From Mytilus californianus (lineage: Eukaryota), in the NCBI RefSeq assembly GCF_021869535.1, contig NW_026262679.1:89838001-89902000 (forward strand): a DNA stretch of 64,000 nt, written 5' to 3'. The position numbers and the translations under genes are program-made. The notes below the pieces were generated by a model that worked only from the letters and a program-made list of their open reading frames with translations, was not told the origin of the DNA and did not search any database. Shown piece by piece: positions 11,580-25,019 of this stretch; within the stretch, counting starts at the first letter, position 1; each line of letters starts with the position of its first letter.

Positions 11580-12743
11580 ACATACCTAAAAGATTAACCC
11601 ATCAGTAACCAGATTAATGAACAGTTTGTCTTTGGCACCTTTATCTGCGAAGACAGTACAACTTCCGAAATAGAGTGCGTCAGTAAACATCGAATGTCTT
11701 AGCCATGGATTCTCTTTAAACCAAAATGCATTCAGTTTTCTCTCCCGACCATAGATAACACTACAATTTAACCAAAACTTTAAATCATGGATTGTGCCAT
11801 TATATATTCCATATTTTTAAATACAAACAAAAAGAAGGCTGGAAATTGAAAGCAAACCTCAATACATGATACTCACATTCCCCATAAACCCAGACCCCTA
11901 ATAATCATGGGGGTCACTTATATATATTTGGCATACCTGAGGCTGTGTAGCTTTGAATTTCAATATAACCAACAATTCATATATTTCCAATAGAATTTTA
12001 TTGTTTTCTTGAAACTACCATCATTCAATTAATAAATATATAATGTAAAAGCACCCCCCTTTTATATTTGACAGCTCAAAAACGGACCCATTACAGTGGC
12101 ATTTCTGTTTATGGAACTTTGGAATATAAGAACCAGTGATCCCCTTTTCCCGGAATTTGAGTCTCCCCATGGGGTTTTTGATTTAATATGATAACTTAGC
12201 CTTTTTAGTGGTGATATTGCCAAAACTTGTGAAAATAAAATTAAAATTTGTACATAGATGGAACCGGGTATTTATAAGCCCAGGAATGATCGCACTCTGT
12301 CACAAATTGAGTTTTGATCAATTCGTCTTTCATGTCACAGGAAGCGATATCAGGATATGGTGGTTTATTTGGTGGTAACGTTGTTGCTTCGTCAGATGTT
12401 GAAGCCATTGCTCCGCTTGGCTCAATTTCAGACGAAATTTGTCCGCGGGTCTGCGTATCATCATCATCTGCGCTTTCAGTAGCCGATGACGTAGTCTTTT
12501 TACGAAAAAAGTCGAAACACTTTTCTGCTTTTCCATCTTGTTTACATAAACTAAATGAAGAACACATGCTTCGGAAATGATTTGGCGTTGTTCTCATATC
12601 CTTACCCCTGTAACATTCGGAGACCTACTGCTGCGAACATATGCGATTATATGCAATTATATATTTATTTTATTTTTTTATTTTTTTTGTCAAAATGATG
12701 TGGATGCTTGAGCATCTGAGCATACATGCAAGCTACGCCACTG
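11580..12743 (-). pseudogene. hAT transposon 5' relic: TIR plus N-terminal TTF-type zinc-finger region of the transposase
   Basis: CAGTGGCGTAGC hAT-like TIR ends at 12743 (minus). ATG 12536 MEKQKSVSTFF joins by a 1-nt frameshift in a T6 run to RKKTTSSATES...YPDI...WAYKYP. A second segment at ~11590-11760 reads RKLNAFWFKENPWLRHSMFTDALYFGSCTVFA. No DDE domain or opposite TIR found. Confidence 0.6.
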
Positions 12744-13916
12744 GACACTCTGAATAAGCGCCGACAAAACAAATGTAAAAACTGTCGCCTGTTTTGGTAG
12801 ATATTGAAAATGATCAACATTGAAGTTTTAAACAACAACGATGGAGTCAATTTGGACCTAAACGTTCGACGATAATCAAGGGATATCTAAATGGTCTGAC
12901 ACCATTAATTCTTTAGAGGATTTATTCATCAGTGTTTTTTGACAGATTTTGTATTTAAATCGTGCACCTTTGCTTTATAAACTTTTTTCAGCATAAATGT
13001 AATTTGAAATAAGATGGTAATATTCCAAACAATAATTGATATATCACCTAGGAGTACATAACAGCAACATGTGAGTTGCAGTTTGGAAAATCAAGGTATA
13101 TATTTTTTTTTGTAGAACAAATTGACCCTATTCATCTGCTTTTAAATACTTTGAATTTGGTTCAAGAATATCATAACAATTCTGAAAATGTATTGCGCTA
13201 TGTGTGTCAGTGAAACGAAAAATTTTGAGCCTCTAATTCTAAGATGTAATCTATAAGCTTTTGTAGGACGAACTCTGACATTTTTGAAAATCGTCTGATG
13301 ACTGAATTAATTTGTCAATGATAAAGCGACAATTTCAATATTGAATAGATCTATATATTCAAGCTTAAAAGGTAATATGTAGACGTAAACTGGGCCTGAA
13401 AATCATATCATTTAACATATATCTATATCCTCCAAGAACGATAGAAAACACCAATGCTTTTATTTTCATGTATTTTGAAAGAAAAAAAAAATACACGTAA
13501 TTCATAAGTTTTTAATCATTTAAAAATAGTGGTCCTAGGTCACCTTTGAATTTTTTATAATGTAACCGTCTGATATCGATTTTGCTGCACACAGGGCATG
13601 TTATATGAAATAGTTTTAATATGGACATTCGTAGAAACGACACAAGTTATGCACAACTAGCGTAATGTAAACCAATACATAATGCATTTTTGATAGGCGA
13701 ATGAAAATGATTCACATTTAAATTCCGCCTGTATCAGTGCAAAACTCCCTGAATATATCACCAACAACAAACAAACCAAACACACAAACAAAACTTTGAT
13801 ATAACTTTTCCATTTCTCATAATGTAAAATAACATTTATTTCGCTCCTCCAGGCTACGCCTTATGTACAATATCCCTCAGTTCGCTTCTTCCTACTACGA
13901 TAGAACAGACAATTAC

Positions 13917-14175
13917 CAATTTCTGTCCGAAGCTAATATTTTGTGTCTTTCTTAGCTTTGAATATTTTGCTTAGTGCAAATATGATTGTTAATCTTTCCA
14001 AAACAGCGAACATTCTGTACGTGATGTGAAAAACCTCCTCGATGTACGCAAACTCGTTATTTATACAACAGGCTCCACCCACCAATGACATAATACATAA
14101 GAAAAACGTAACATGAAGAATTGCGCCGAAAAGTGAAAGTATCGACGAACAGATTCGAATTTTGACAATTGCACC
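13917..14175 (-). pseudogene. Possible exon of an unidentified multi-pass membrane protein
   Basis: ttttgcag acceptor and g|gtaatt donor flank a hydrophobic frame (ILSLFGAILHVTFFLCIMSLVGGACC), with a stop shortly before the donor. Family not recognised. Confidence 0.25.
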
Positions 14176-14609
14176 TGCAAAAGAATACACAATTACAATT
14201 ACATAGCACCTCTTAATAGATTTAAGTTCAAGTAAATCACTCTTTTTCTATAAAAATATCGAACGAGGTGTATCAAGAGACTGCATGGAGAAGTGTGGAA
14301 CAGGTCTACAACTAGAAAAATACGCAATGAGCTTTTCCGAGTTTCAGTTCATAACACTACTAATGACTGAAGGGTAACAAAATTTGTAAATGCATATGAG
14401 ATCATATGAGTACCAAGCTGACGGGCGTGATGTTAAAAATTTAAAAGATTTAAATTTCTCGAAATTCACAGAATTTTGTTTCACAATGATAGAGAGCATA
14501 TTTTATTCCTGTGAACAATTCCGTTTAAGTGATTTAAAAAAATATAAAAAAGTGGTAAGGGGTCACCAGATTGGTCTGTGTAAGGTAGTACGAGTGACTG
14601 GTTAATATT

Positions 14610-15068
14610 TTAGTCTTAGATGCATGATATTTTATTAGTTGTTTTTGGCTTTGAACTAGCTGTCAGTAACTGCGAGTACTCTCAGATCTATGTCTTTTTT
14701 GTTGTGAATGATTTATAAATTCCCTGCAACGTCCGGTCTGTTTATTTTTTTGTAAGTTATTTTTCTGCTTTGTATCGACCTGATGAATTAGCCCTTTTCA
14801 ACTGATTTTTATAGTTTGTGCATATGTTGTACTGTTATACCACTGTCCCAGGTAAGGGGGAGGGTTTGGTGCCAGCAAATATGTTTAAACACGTGATATT
14901 CCTTTTGTGTCTGTCCCAAGTCAGGAGCCTTCAGTTTAGTGTTTGTCGTTGGTTCATGTCTGTCATATTTGTTTTTCGTATTGTTTTGTTATAAATTAGA
15001 CCGTAAGTTTTCTTTAAACTTTGGTGGATAGTTGTCTCGTTGGCAATCATACCACTTCTCCTTATTTT
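14610..15068 (+). mobile_element. Repeat family A copy with internal deletions
   Basis: Reverse complement of parts of 16461-17215, including ctagctgtcagtaactgcgagtactctcag. Confidence 0.7.
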
Positions 15069-16460
15069 TGTATTCGGAATGTAGGAAAACTACGAATTGG
15101 AAGCGTGGCATTATCCATTGTCCTTTTAATCCATTTCCCTGTACAATCAAAAAGTAATCGACTGATCCCCTATATATTTTACATGCAAAAATGTGCATAG
15201 CAATAACGTATTTTAAAAAGCTTTCAGTAATCAAGTTTTCTTGCAAAATTTACTTTTTACGTTTTAGAGTTTTATATTTGTCTCACACCTTGTTATCTGA
15301 ATGTATCTCTCGAAAGTTTATTGTTATATACTGAATTCAATTTTCTAATGCTATTCAACGAGTATTAAATTCAAAACACAGACTATTGTAGCATCAGATA
15401 ATTTAGAATTTTTGTATGTCGATATGTTGTTGAAGGCATTGACACTTAAAACTTAACAAAGAGAGAACCAATAACTGGCCATTTTAAAGATTAGTGTAAA
15501 ACACGTAGATACAAGTGCTACATAAGCAATAACTAGTATTATATTGTCTTTTTAGGTAACAAACTTAACAGTTGAATACCATAAACGTATCAGTCAAGCG
15601 ATAACTTGATTATTTAGGAAATTCAATCATGCCGTAATAATAATAGTAAGAACTTGATTAGAATTTTTTTTCTCTTTTTACAGAATGTCATAGTTGTCTC
15701 AATTTATTACAGAAGCTTAAGCAATAATTTAGTTTATGATTTTTTTTTTGCTACAAAAACTAAAAAAAATATATTTTAGCTCTTACCATTTTTTTTGGGC
15801 AAACGGTTTGAAACAGAAATTTATGCTTATGAGGTTGTATTGAAGTCCACTATGTTCCCTGGTGTTACTGCTGCCACATAGGCAGATGTATTTTGGTGTT
15901 ACTGCTTCCACGTAGGCAGATGTATTTAGTGCATTGTGCTCAAGTCTTATTTGGTTAGTTCTGCTATTCCTGCAAAAAAGTCCGACATTTCTTAATAAAA
16001 TGCTCATATCATACGTTCTTGTTTCTTATTCTTTCTTAAAGATTTTAATAATACGATACAAAGGCTACGAATTTTAGAAAGTATTCTTTAATACAATTTC
16101 TATTGCATACCAGCGTATTTTCTTTCTCGTTACAGGATCTCACTACGATCTCACAATGTTATCCTTCATCACTACAGAGATTGCAACAAATTAGATATGT
16201 TTCCTGGTGACTGCATGACATTTCCAAAATATAAAGATACTAAAATGATAAAAATAATGACAAAATTATATGACAGAGTAGTTGCTTCTAAAAAAAGATG
16301 CAAAATATAATTTTTCTTTATTAGTTCAAATAAATATTGAGTTCATCCGAATCGACAATTTGGTTTATGCTTTTAAAAAGTCATATGAAACGAGTTCCTT
16401 GAAATTTTAATGTTATCGAAATTATTGAACCAATGCATGCATACATACTAAACTAATATG

Positions 16461-17715
16461 AAAAAGAAGATGTGGTATGATTGCCAATGAGACAACTCTT
16501 CACAAGAGACCAAATGACACAGAAATTAACAACTATAGGTCACCATACGGCCTACAACAATGAGCAAAGCCCATACCACATAGTCAGCTATAAAAGGCCC
16601 CGAAATGACAAATGTAAATCAATTCAAACGAGAAAACTAATGGCCTAATTTATGTACAAAATATTGAACGAAAAACAAATATGTAACACAGCAACAAACG
16701 ACAACCACTGAATTACAGGCTCCGGACTTGGGACAGGCACATACATAATATGGCGGGGTTAAACATGTTAGCGGGCGCCCAACCCTCCCCCTAATCCTGG
16801 GACAGTGGTGCAACAGAACAATACAAGAACTGTACAAAACAATAAACAAATAGCGCATATGATCAACAGCAACAAACAACAACCACTCAATTACTGGCTC
16901 CTGACTTGGGACAGGCACATATAGAATGTGGCGGGGTTAAAAATGTTAGCGGGCACCCACCCTCCCCCTAACCTGGGTCAGTGGTAACAGTACAACATAA
17001 GAACACACTGTAAAAATCAGTTGAAAAAGGCTTAATTCATCAGATGGATACAAATAGAAATACATCTAACAAAAACACAGAGTGGACGTGACCGGGTACT
17101 TGTACATCCAAACAACAAAAAGACACTAAGAACAGAACTGAGAGTACTCGCAGTTACTGACAGCTAGTTCAAAGCCAAAAACAACTAAATAAAAAAAAAT
17201 CATGCATCTTAGACTAAATTATCAATCAGTACACATCCAACAACCAATGGATTTAGTGTAAAGAAGTCATGAACATTCAGAGAAAAACATGCAATGCCAA
17301 GATACAGGTATCGACAGATTGTAGAGCCATGAATATGCATATGTATATATAACAATTATATTTAGTTTGCTTTTAATTTACTGATTACAAAATCAATATT
17401 AATACCAATAAAAACAATATTCAAAGACATAATTACAGTGTTGAATTAGTAACCTTTTAGAATAAGTTTATTTAAAGGGTCGATAAGTTTACCAGGATCG
17501 TTTCTAAATTTCCGGGCACGGTAAACAACATCTCCGTAAAAATGAGGATCGATGTGCTATCCCGTTTGAAATAAGTTTTCTACAGGTACAACCAAACTTC
17601 AAAACCAAATCTGTATATCTATGGAAGAATTTAGTAAAGGTTTTTAATAATTTGTGGTAACGAAATCCCTGACTTAATAATTTACCAGTAATACATAGTC
17701 TTGCATGCACGTTGT
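16461..17715 (-). mobile_element. 5'-truncated Penelope-like element: RT C-terminus joined to the family A tail, with an internal ~177-bp duplication
   Basis: ORF 17504-17710 GKLLSQGFRYHKLLKTFTKFF parallels the family B/C RT C-terminus (RKLLSQEF..KLKSSLRKF). 16690-16830 and 16867-17005 are direct repeats. Confidence 0.75.
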
Positions 17716-19316
17716 TTTATATTTATTACACATCTTTAACTTATTATCGACAAATAATATTTCATTCAGTGGTTGTTGATCGAAAGCTAATTAACTTTCG
17801 AGTTTGTTGCCGAAGTTTACCGGATCGTGATATTGATAAACAATAAAAAAAGAGCACGCGGAAATCGTCTCAGATAAGTGAATTGAAAGAGTCATGACTT
17901 TTTTTTTTATATTTTCCAGTGTTCCCATTTGTTTATTCCTTAGCAGTTGTTAAATGATTTGTTGTATTAAATTTGTTCTTTAAGAATCTATTATTTCTAT
18001 TTACCTTCAAAAGCACGTGTGTTTCTATTCTTTCATCACGGTTTTCCCCTCGCACTTGCGTGTGCGGTGGCCGAAGTTATATCGAGAGGTCTCGTAGTTA
18101 AGGTCACTGCATACGGGAAAATATCGGCGAATAAGTGTCTGGAAAGACAATAATTCAATATCGGTACATTTATGAAGATTTTGATAATATAAAGGATTTT
18201 CTTTTAAAAAAAAGTTCAAGTTCACTTCTTTAAGAGTATAACTTAGCCGTTCAAGTATATAAAACATGTTCAACTTTTTTTTTTAAATTTGAAGTTTCAT
18301 ATGACTTTAAGTATTTTACTTATTTGCTTTAGTCTGAATAAAATGTCACTGACAAAGTTATTATTTTTTTTATGAATAATATTATTTAATAATAATAATA
18401 ATAATAATTAGGATTAGGATAATAGCAATATTTTTTTCATTTTTGTCTTATTATTTCGTTGTTATTGTCATCACCATAATGATCATTCCATACAAAAGTG
18501 GCGTATTTTTTATGACTGGAAAGCTTTGAAATTGAACAAGCATTATATCCGTTTAAACGAATGAAATTGGCATAGTTTAAAAAAAAGGAGGGTTTTTTAC
18601 GTTAACTCAGAGAGTTAATTTGTTAAGCGACAAGAAAACATCTACGTCAAAACTCGTTTCCAAGTCAGGAATATATCAGTTGTTTTTCAGTCGTTCTGTT
18701 AGTTGATATTGTCGTGGTTTTAATTTGTCATGTTTTATGGACTTCCCCCTTTCTTAATTTACCTTGGAGCGCGGTATTTTTGTAAAAACATGTTTTAAAA
18801 ACGTACAATTGACGACTTATATAAGTCAATTAGTAAATTTAACGAAAAAATAATATACATGATATATGCCGAACGAGAAATCCAATGTCGGAAATCTCGT
18901 GGCATCGAAGCGTATACAATATTTAAGAACTGATTTTTACCTTTATTCTGGATTCGTGTTCTTCATATTTTTACAATCACCTGCATATATATTAACCATA
19001 ATGTTCAATCCTTAGGTAGGTTTAAGTGAATGTAAAGCGATCTGGAATTATGATTTTTTTTACAACACGTTAATAGATGCAAACAAAATCGTGAAATATT
19101 TTGAAATAGAAAAAGCAATATCGACTTTGTTATGATGGGATATTGAATTTTTATAATAAATTAAATTAGAACAAAATAAAATTATAAGTTTTGTTTACGT
19201 GCACCATGATTATGTATTATTTGTTCCCCAAAAAAAAATTTGTTCCAAAAGATAAGGCCCGAAAAGGCCCTTGTTTTGCCCCTTGAATTCGAAATAAATA
19301 AGTATTATAGTTTAAT

Positions 19317-19946
19317 AGGGTCGGTTGAAAACAAAACTTTACGACAAAAGAGATGATTTCAGCTTCCCAATTGTGAACTTTCCATTTCTATGTAGCAACA
19401 TTCCAGCAGCGCCTGCATACGGAGTATATATCTCCCAATTGATACGATATTCCCGGGCTTGTGCTTCCTATCATGATTTCCTTGATAGAGGATTGCTGCT
19501 CACAAGGAAGCTATTAAGCCAAGAGTTCCAAATGGTGAAGTTAAAATCATCCCTTCGTAAATTTTACGGACGTCATCACGAGTTGGTTGACCGTTATGGA
19601 ATAACCGTTTCACAGATGATATCGGATATGTTCCTTATGTCGTAACTACAATACCCTTCCCGTTTCACGAATGTGACCTACCGAATTAGACTATTTACCG
19701 GATTTGTAATAAAATAAGCAACACGACGGGTGCCACATGTGGAGCAGGATCTGCTTACCCTTCCGGAGCACCTGAGATCACCCCCAGTTTTTGGTGGGGT
19801 TCGTGTTGCTTAGTCTTTAGTTTTCTTTGTTGTGTCATCTGTACTATTATTTGTCTGTTTGTCTTTTTATTTTTGGCCATGGCGTTGTCAGTTTGTTTTC
19901 GATCTACGAGTTTGACTGTCCCTCTGGTATCTTTCGTCCCTCTTTT
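19317..19946 (+). mobile_element. Young 5'-truncated family B Penelope-like copy (RT C-terminus plus tail)
   Basis: Open frame KTKLYDKRDDFSFPIVNFPFLCSNIPAAPAYGVYISQLIRYSRACASYHDFLDRGLLLTRKLL...MFLMS*. Highly similar to the reverse complement of 7135-7770. Confidence 0.9.
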
Positions 19947-20828
19947 AATAAATATCATTCTTCAAATATTCATTTTACATTAGTACTTCTGGTATTTTAA
20001 TTGTTGTTCTACATAAATGCAATAGGGCTCGAAACTTCTCCCATTTCGTTCAAAACTGTAAAGAACTACCGAAATAGCCTCAATTTGAGATGTCAGTAAC
20101 ACTGGAGAAAAGCGGATATCTGTAATTTAAGGAACCTACATCTAAACATTGAGGAATTTGACATTTCTCAGATTGAAAACGATCACATAACGTTAATAAA
20201 GCAAATATTGTAAAACAATATCGAATGTTCTTGTCTTATCAACCATTACACACAAACATATTGACCAAGAATTGAAGCAATAATTAAAACACTACACACT
20301 AGGAAAACATGCAAAGTTGCTGAACATTAACTAGTATACTTATTTCAAGAAACAAAAACATTATCACAAAATCAGTCTATCTTATGTCAGTGTGAATTGT
20401 AAATAATACATTAAAATGTTCCATCTATTATTCCCAGGTGAGATGCAGCATGGGTTGCGTACTATGTTTTACTTTCTCCATCTTACAAGGAGTTGTGATG
20501 AAGTGTTGTTTTAATTTGGCTTTACCTAATCAACCTCATTATACTTCTGTAGCATTTATCCCTGCATCAAAGCTGTCTAACAAGATTACGGTTCATATTT
20601 GTCAAGGTTTCTACAACGGTATAGCTTCACATTCTTTTATTTTATCATTACCATCATTTTTTTTTTAAATAGTACATTAATCTTTGAAGATATTTTCAAA
20701 CTTTAGATATTATCAGCGGGATCATGATGAAAAGGTTCACCTGATTACAAAGAAACATGCAAGATTTTAAAGCAGTTTATATATTTATATACTAGTAGTT
20801 GCAGTTCATTTACAGTTTACAGGAATTT

Positions 20829-21106
20829 AGTTCGAATCCCGGCGAGGGAAGAGCAAAAATTTGCCTCCGCAAATTTGCAGATTTAACATTGTTGTGCTGA
20901 TATTTAAAGTAATTATGAATACAATATGTGTTTTCAGCCGTGTATCACCTTCACTGATGATCCAATGGATGGATCTGTCGTAGAGTTATCACTTGTTTAG
21001 ACTTAATATATATATATATATATAATTACTCTAAATATCACCACAACAATGTTAAATAAATTTTGCGGAAGCAAATTTTTGTTCTTCCCTCGCCGGGATT
21101 CGAACT
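20829..21106. repeat. Inverted pair of tRNA-SINE-derived segments (~87-bp arms) around a different repeat fragment and (TA)n
   Basis: agttcgaatcccggcgagggaagagcaaaaatttgc...aacattgttgtgctgatatttaaagtaatta (20829-20915) is mirrored at 21021-21106. Confidence 0.8.
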
Positions 21107-21509
21107 CATATATATATATAAATTTATTTTGATTAATCAAAGCAGTACTCTCATCACAGCCGCCAAATATAAGTTTCGAGAATAAGGATCTACAGAAAAA
21201 ATTCATTTACCGTTGTGTATGATGTAATCTGTTTCTTGTCTCATGTCCTGTATGTACGTGCAATTATATCATGGATGTTTTCGAACATATGATATCAAAA
21301 TCATTTGTTGTCGTATGTGTTAATATGGAGAATACAACAACAAAGAATGGGGAAAATGTGTGTAATTCAATGCAGAGCTATATAAGATCGACATATAAAG
21401 ACAAACCAATCGTCAAATTTGAAGCTCTTTGGTTTGCATGTGTAACTTTCAATTTCCACAATTTTCACAAATAATCGGCAAGTTTTCGGATTGTTTAATG
21501 TTTAATTGA

Positions 21510-22466
21510 TTAAAGCCCTCTCCAATTTGAATAGAAATGATCTTTATGATTAAGTATCCGTTCAAATCGTGAACCTTTTCTGGCAGCATCCTTTAAATAC
21601 ACCACTTCTCCATTAGTTAGGTATCCAATCCACCAACCGAATGTTCCTATTGTCATAATCGTATGATCGCATTGAACTACAGTTGCCATATCCATTTCCC
21701 TTTTCCCTAAAGACACATATTCAATTGGTACATGTGTAGGCATATTATGTTTAGACCATTCCATACCGTCAGATATCACAATAAATAAAACCGATTTATA
21801 TTTTGTAACATAGTAATTAACTGCCCTGTTCAAATATTCCGGGGTTGCAATATTAAAACCGTCATTATTATCGACTTTATCACCTCTCCTTATATGAACG
21901 CCGACTAAAGTTATATCTTTACGAGATGTTATATTTCTTTTCTGCAATATTTTGTCAATTTCTTGTTTTGCAGCGTCTTTAATATGCTTTTGAAATGTCA
22001 ATTGTTTTCTTAGCTGTTTGTCATATTTATAGAAATATTTCCATGACTGGAGTCCATATCCTAATTGAATGTTACTTGATGAACTAAAATTTAAAATGTT
22101 ACGATCGTATTTTGGGGACGCTTTATCTAGCACTTTTGGTAATCCTTTACAGAATTGGCTTGTATTTGTGAATGTTACATTTATTTCGAATATTTGTCTA
22201 ATCTGGGCATCTGAAGGAATTAAAACATCCATGTCTTTAGACTTTGCTGCTGCAAAAGCTGTAGAAAACTGAAATAATCTATTTCCTAATCCGCCTTGTA
22301 AAATTGGACAAATTGAACCTTTTTTGTATGATTTGACTGTTACTATTCTATATCTGTCTGATGGTACAGCTAAAACTGTAGTTTTCGATTTTGAAACAAT
22401 TTGTCCGAATATGAAATAAATAATAAGTACGATAGGTATGCCTGGAAAAAACAACATTTCTAGCAT
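21510..22466 (-). CDS. Galactoside alpha-1,2-fucosyltransferase-like, glycosyltransferase family 11 (318 aa, single coding exon)
   Basis: N-terminal signal anchor (GIPIVLIIYFIFG) and GT11 motifs GGLGNRLFQF, VGVHIRRGD and CDHTIMTIGTFGWWIGYL. Orthology to FUT1/2 cannot be assigned. Confidence 0.93.
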   Translation of the reverse strand: MLEMLFFPGIPIVLIIYFIFGQIVSKSKTTVLAVPSDRYRIVTVKSYKKGSICPILQGGLGNRLFQFSTAFAAAKSKDMDVLIPSDAQIRQIFEINVTFTNTSQFCKGLPKVLDKASPKYDRNILNFSSSSNIQLGYGLQSWKYFYKYDKQLRKQLTFQKHIKDAAKQEIDKILQKRNITSRKDITLVGVHIRRGDKVDNNDGFNIATPEYLNRAVNYYVTKYKSVLFIVISDGMEWSKHNMPTHVPIEYVSLGKREMDMATVVQCDHTIMTIGTFGWWIGYLTNGEVVYLKDAARKGSRFERILNHKDHFYSNWRGL

Positions 22467-23197
22467 GAAAAAAACATTATCCTTTCACAAACATTATATA
22501 TAATAAGGAATACACATTATGTGTCCTCGCTAGCCCAAAATATATATATTTCTCTTATGGTTGTTGAATGTAATCTTTTTCCCGAACGAAAAGATATTTG
22601 TCGTATCACGCTCATGTGTGAAAAGAATAAATGCAACAAAAATGCGTTAATTTGATGGACCTTTCCTTTAATGTTTAACGAGATAGTGACAATTCCATTG
22701 TCTATTTATTGATTAATGAATGACTGTCAGGGGTCATAATTCTCCCTTGGCAACGAGAATTTGTGATTTCCTCAATATTATACTCACATGATTCACCTGA
22801 AATTTTTGTTTATGACAAATTTGATTCCATTCTGAATCATACTAAGCGCTTTAAAATGTACCATATTAACATTATTCTTGGGTTTTGGTACAATACTCAC
22901 AATACCACAAGTGGATTTATGTTTGAAGTAAAACTATTTTACGGAAACGAAAAGCCGAAGTGACTAGACCAAATCCGAAAATTTAGTCAGCTGTCAGATA
23001 GAGCAGTTTAAAGTGTTCAAGTTGTTTGATAAACACAACGGTTCCTCGTTAGATTCAATAATATTGAAGGAAAAACAACAAGACGAAAACGGCGTATATT
23101 GTAGATGATCAAATGTTTGAGAACATATAGGTATACGAAGGTTAAGAGACGACGGAGAGTGTAAAGAACGTTGTATATGAAACACCAAAAAAAAAAG

Positions 23198-23464
23198 CCT
23201 GTTGTCAGGTGGTTGTCGTTTGTCGGTATGGTTCATAAGTGTTTCTCGTTTTTCGTTTTTTTATATAGATTACACCGTTGGTTTTCCTGTTTGAATTGTT
23301 TTACACTCGTCATTTTAGGGCCCTTTATAGCTTGCTGTATGATGTGAGCCAAGGCTCCGTGCTCAAGGCCGTACTTTTACATATAATTGTTTATTTTTTA
23401 TACATTGTGACTTGGATGGAGAGTTGTCTCATTGGCACTCATACAACAACTTCTTATTTATATT
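23198..23464 (+). mobile_element. Repeat family A copy
   Basis: gtggttgtcgtt...gagagttgtctcattggcactcatac matches the other copies. Confidence 0.65.
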
Positions 23465-24438
23465 GGAATACATTCAAAGGCGTAGCCCTAAAGCTATGTG
23501 ATCAGGAACTCATCCAAATAGTAAGTGCATACATTTTATGATTTGCTGATATTGGGTCAAGTCCCCGGATGAGTTTGAATAAAATATCTAAGATGGAGTG
23601 ATATGTTCTATAAAAAGATGTAATATGAAGTTGATTGTATGATATGGTTTGAATTTAATGGACGTATTATGCAAGACAATTAAACTGTATATATGAGTGT
23701 TATTTGAATGCCACCTGATAGAAAAGCGTATTATAGAAAATGTAATATTACCTTATTTGATGTTTAACAAGAACTTATTGAATTAACTGCTATCTTAGAA
23801 TCTGTATCTGTCAAACCTGATTCAAATGGAAGATTTTGGAAAAATATCGGCCTTAATTGAAGAAAACACCTTAGATAGACATTGCTAGACATTATTGATT
23901 GTATAAGTTATGTTTCTGATGTAAAATAACAAATAGATTGTCCGAAATGTTTTATGCCCTAAATAGTTTTGGGTGTGGTATACTTGATATATGTAATTCT
24001 ACTGGTTTACGAATATGTTATAGCAGGTTTGGTACTGCTACCCTAGTAAATATACTTTTCAAAATAGAAATGTCTGAAGTCTAATTGATGTTGATATCAA
24101 AATATAGTATTTGTACTTTGATCAAGGAGTTAATTGTAAATTAAAAAAATAGATTGTCCGAAAATGTAAACACTCAAAAATAGTTTCGGACGAGTATATA
24201 TATATACATATTTGTTTTGCATGCACACGTATAAAAATTGCGGTTTTTATCCAACGCTATCATAGGTTTGAACGTTGTTTTCAATTTAGACTTGTTTATA
24301 TTTTTTCATTTGGGTTTGTATTATATTTGCCTTCGGGTTTATATAATCCGTTCATCCTATTTCGACTCTTCAAAATTCAAGAGTCTATCCTTAATTGAGG
24401 TAAATTATATGGCCTTCCGAATACCGTTTCGATTCCTA

Positions 24439-24482
24439 ACATCACTGAAGAGACATTAATTGTCGAAATCCGGATATGGTGT
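24439..24482 (+). ncRNA. Minimal type I hammerhead ribozyme (538-bp family, copy 1)
   Basis: acatca-CTGAAGA-gaca(ttaat)tgtc-GAAA-tccgga-T-A-tggtgt. Stem I 6 bp, stem II 4 bp, palindromic stem III ATCCGGAT. Predicted cleavage after A24476 (AUA). Confidence 0.85.
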
Positions 24483-24975
24483 ACAAATTTTTGCACCTCA
24501 TGTTTGCGGTACACCATCTTTTCTGCAAGTTTGCTGTTTTCTGTTTGGTATTAAATTAATAATAAAGATCCATTTTGTTACATCTTGTGATCCGTTTATT
24601 TGGCAATCGCCATGGCAGTCAGCAGGGTTTAAGAACATCCGTTGTTCGACCTGCTAGTCAAATGCGTTTTGTTTAAACATACCTTTTCACTTTTTTGGTC
24701 TTTTGGAAAATGTTGTTTGTGCTGTATTTAGACCCCTCTACCGATAAATTTGTTTTGCATGCACACGTATAAAAATTGCGGTTTTTATACCAACGCAATC
24801 ATAGGTTTGAACGTTGTTTCAATTTAGACTTATTTATATTTTTTCGTTTGGGCTTGTATTATATTTGCCTTCGGATTTATATGATCCGTTCATCCTATTT
24901 CGACTGATCAAAATTCAAGAGTCTACCCTAAATTGAGGTAAATTATATGGCTTCCAAATACCGTTTCGATTCCTA

Positions 24976-25019
24976 ACATCACTGAAGAGACATTAATTGT
25001 CGAAATCCGGATATGGTGT
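24976..25019 (+). ncRNA. Minimal type I hammerhead ribozyme (538-bp family, copy 2)
   Basis: Identical 44-nt sequence to 24439-24482. Confidence 0.85.

Noticed and set aside
15790-16220. Splice-flanked segments with a ~31-bp internal duplication, possibly exons linked to 13917-14175
   Set aside because: Multiple stops in the splice-compatible frame and no identifiable family.
17030-17050. CTGATGA on the minus strand within the family A tail (also ~14780, ~57830)
   Set aside because: No stem II or GAAA follows, so it is not a hammerhead.
18025-18273. 82-aa minus-strand ORF with protein-like composition
   Set aside because: No recognisable motif or splice context. Cannot be assigned without a search.
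20950-20985. tcaCTGATGAtccaatggatgga
   Set aside because: Lacks GAAA and stems I/III. It is part of an unrelated repeat also seen reversed near 49750-49800.
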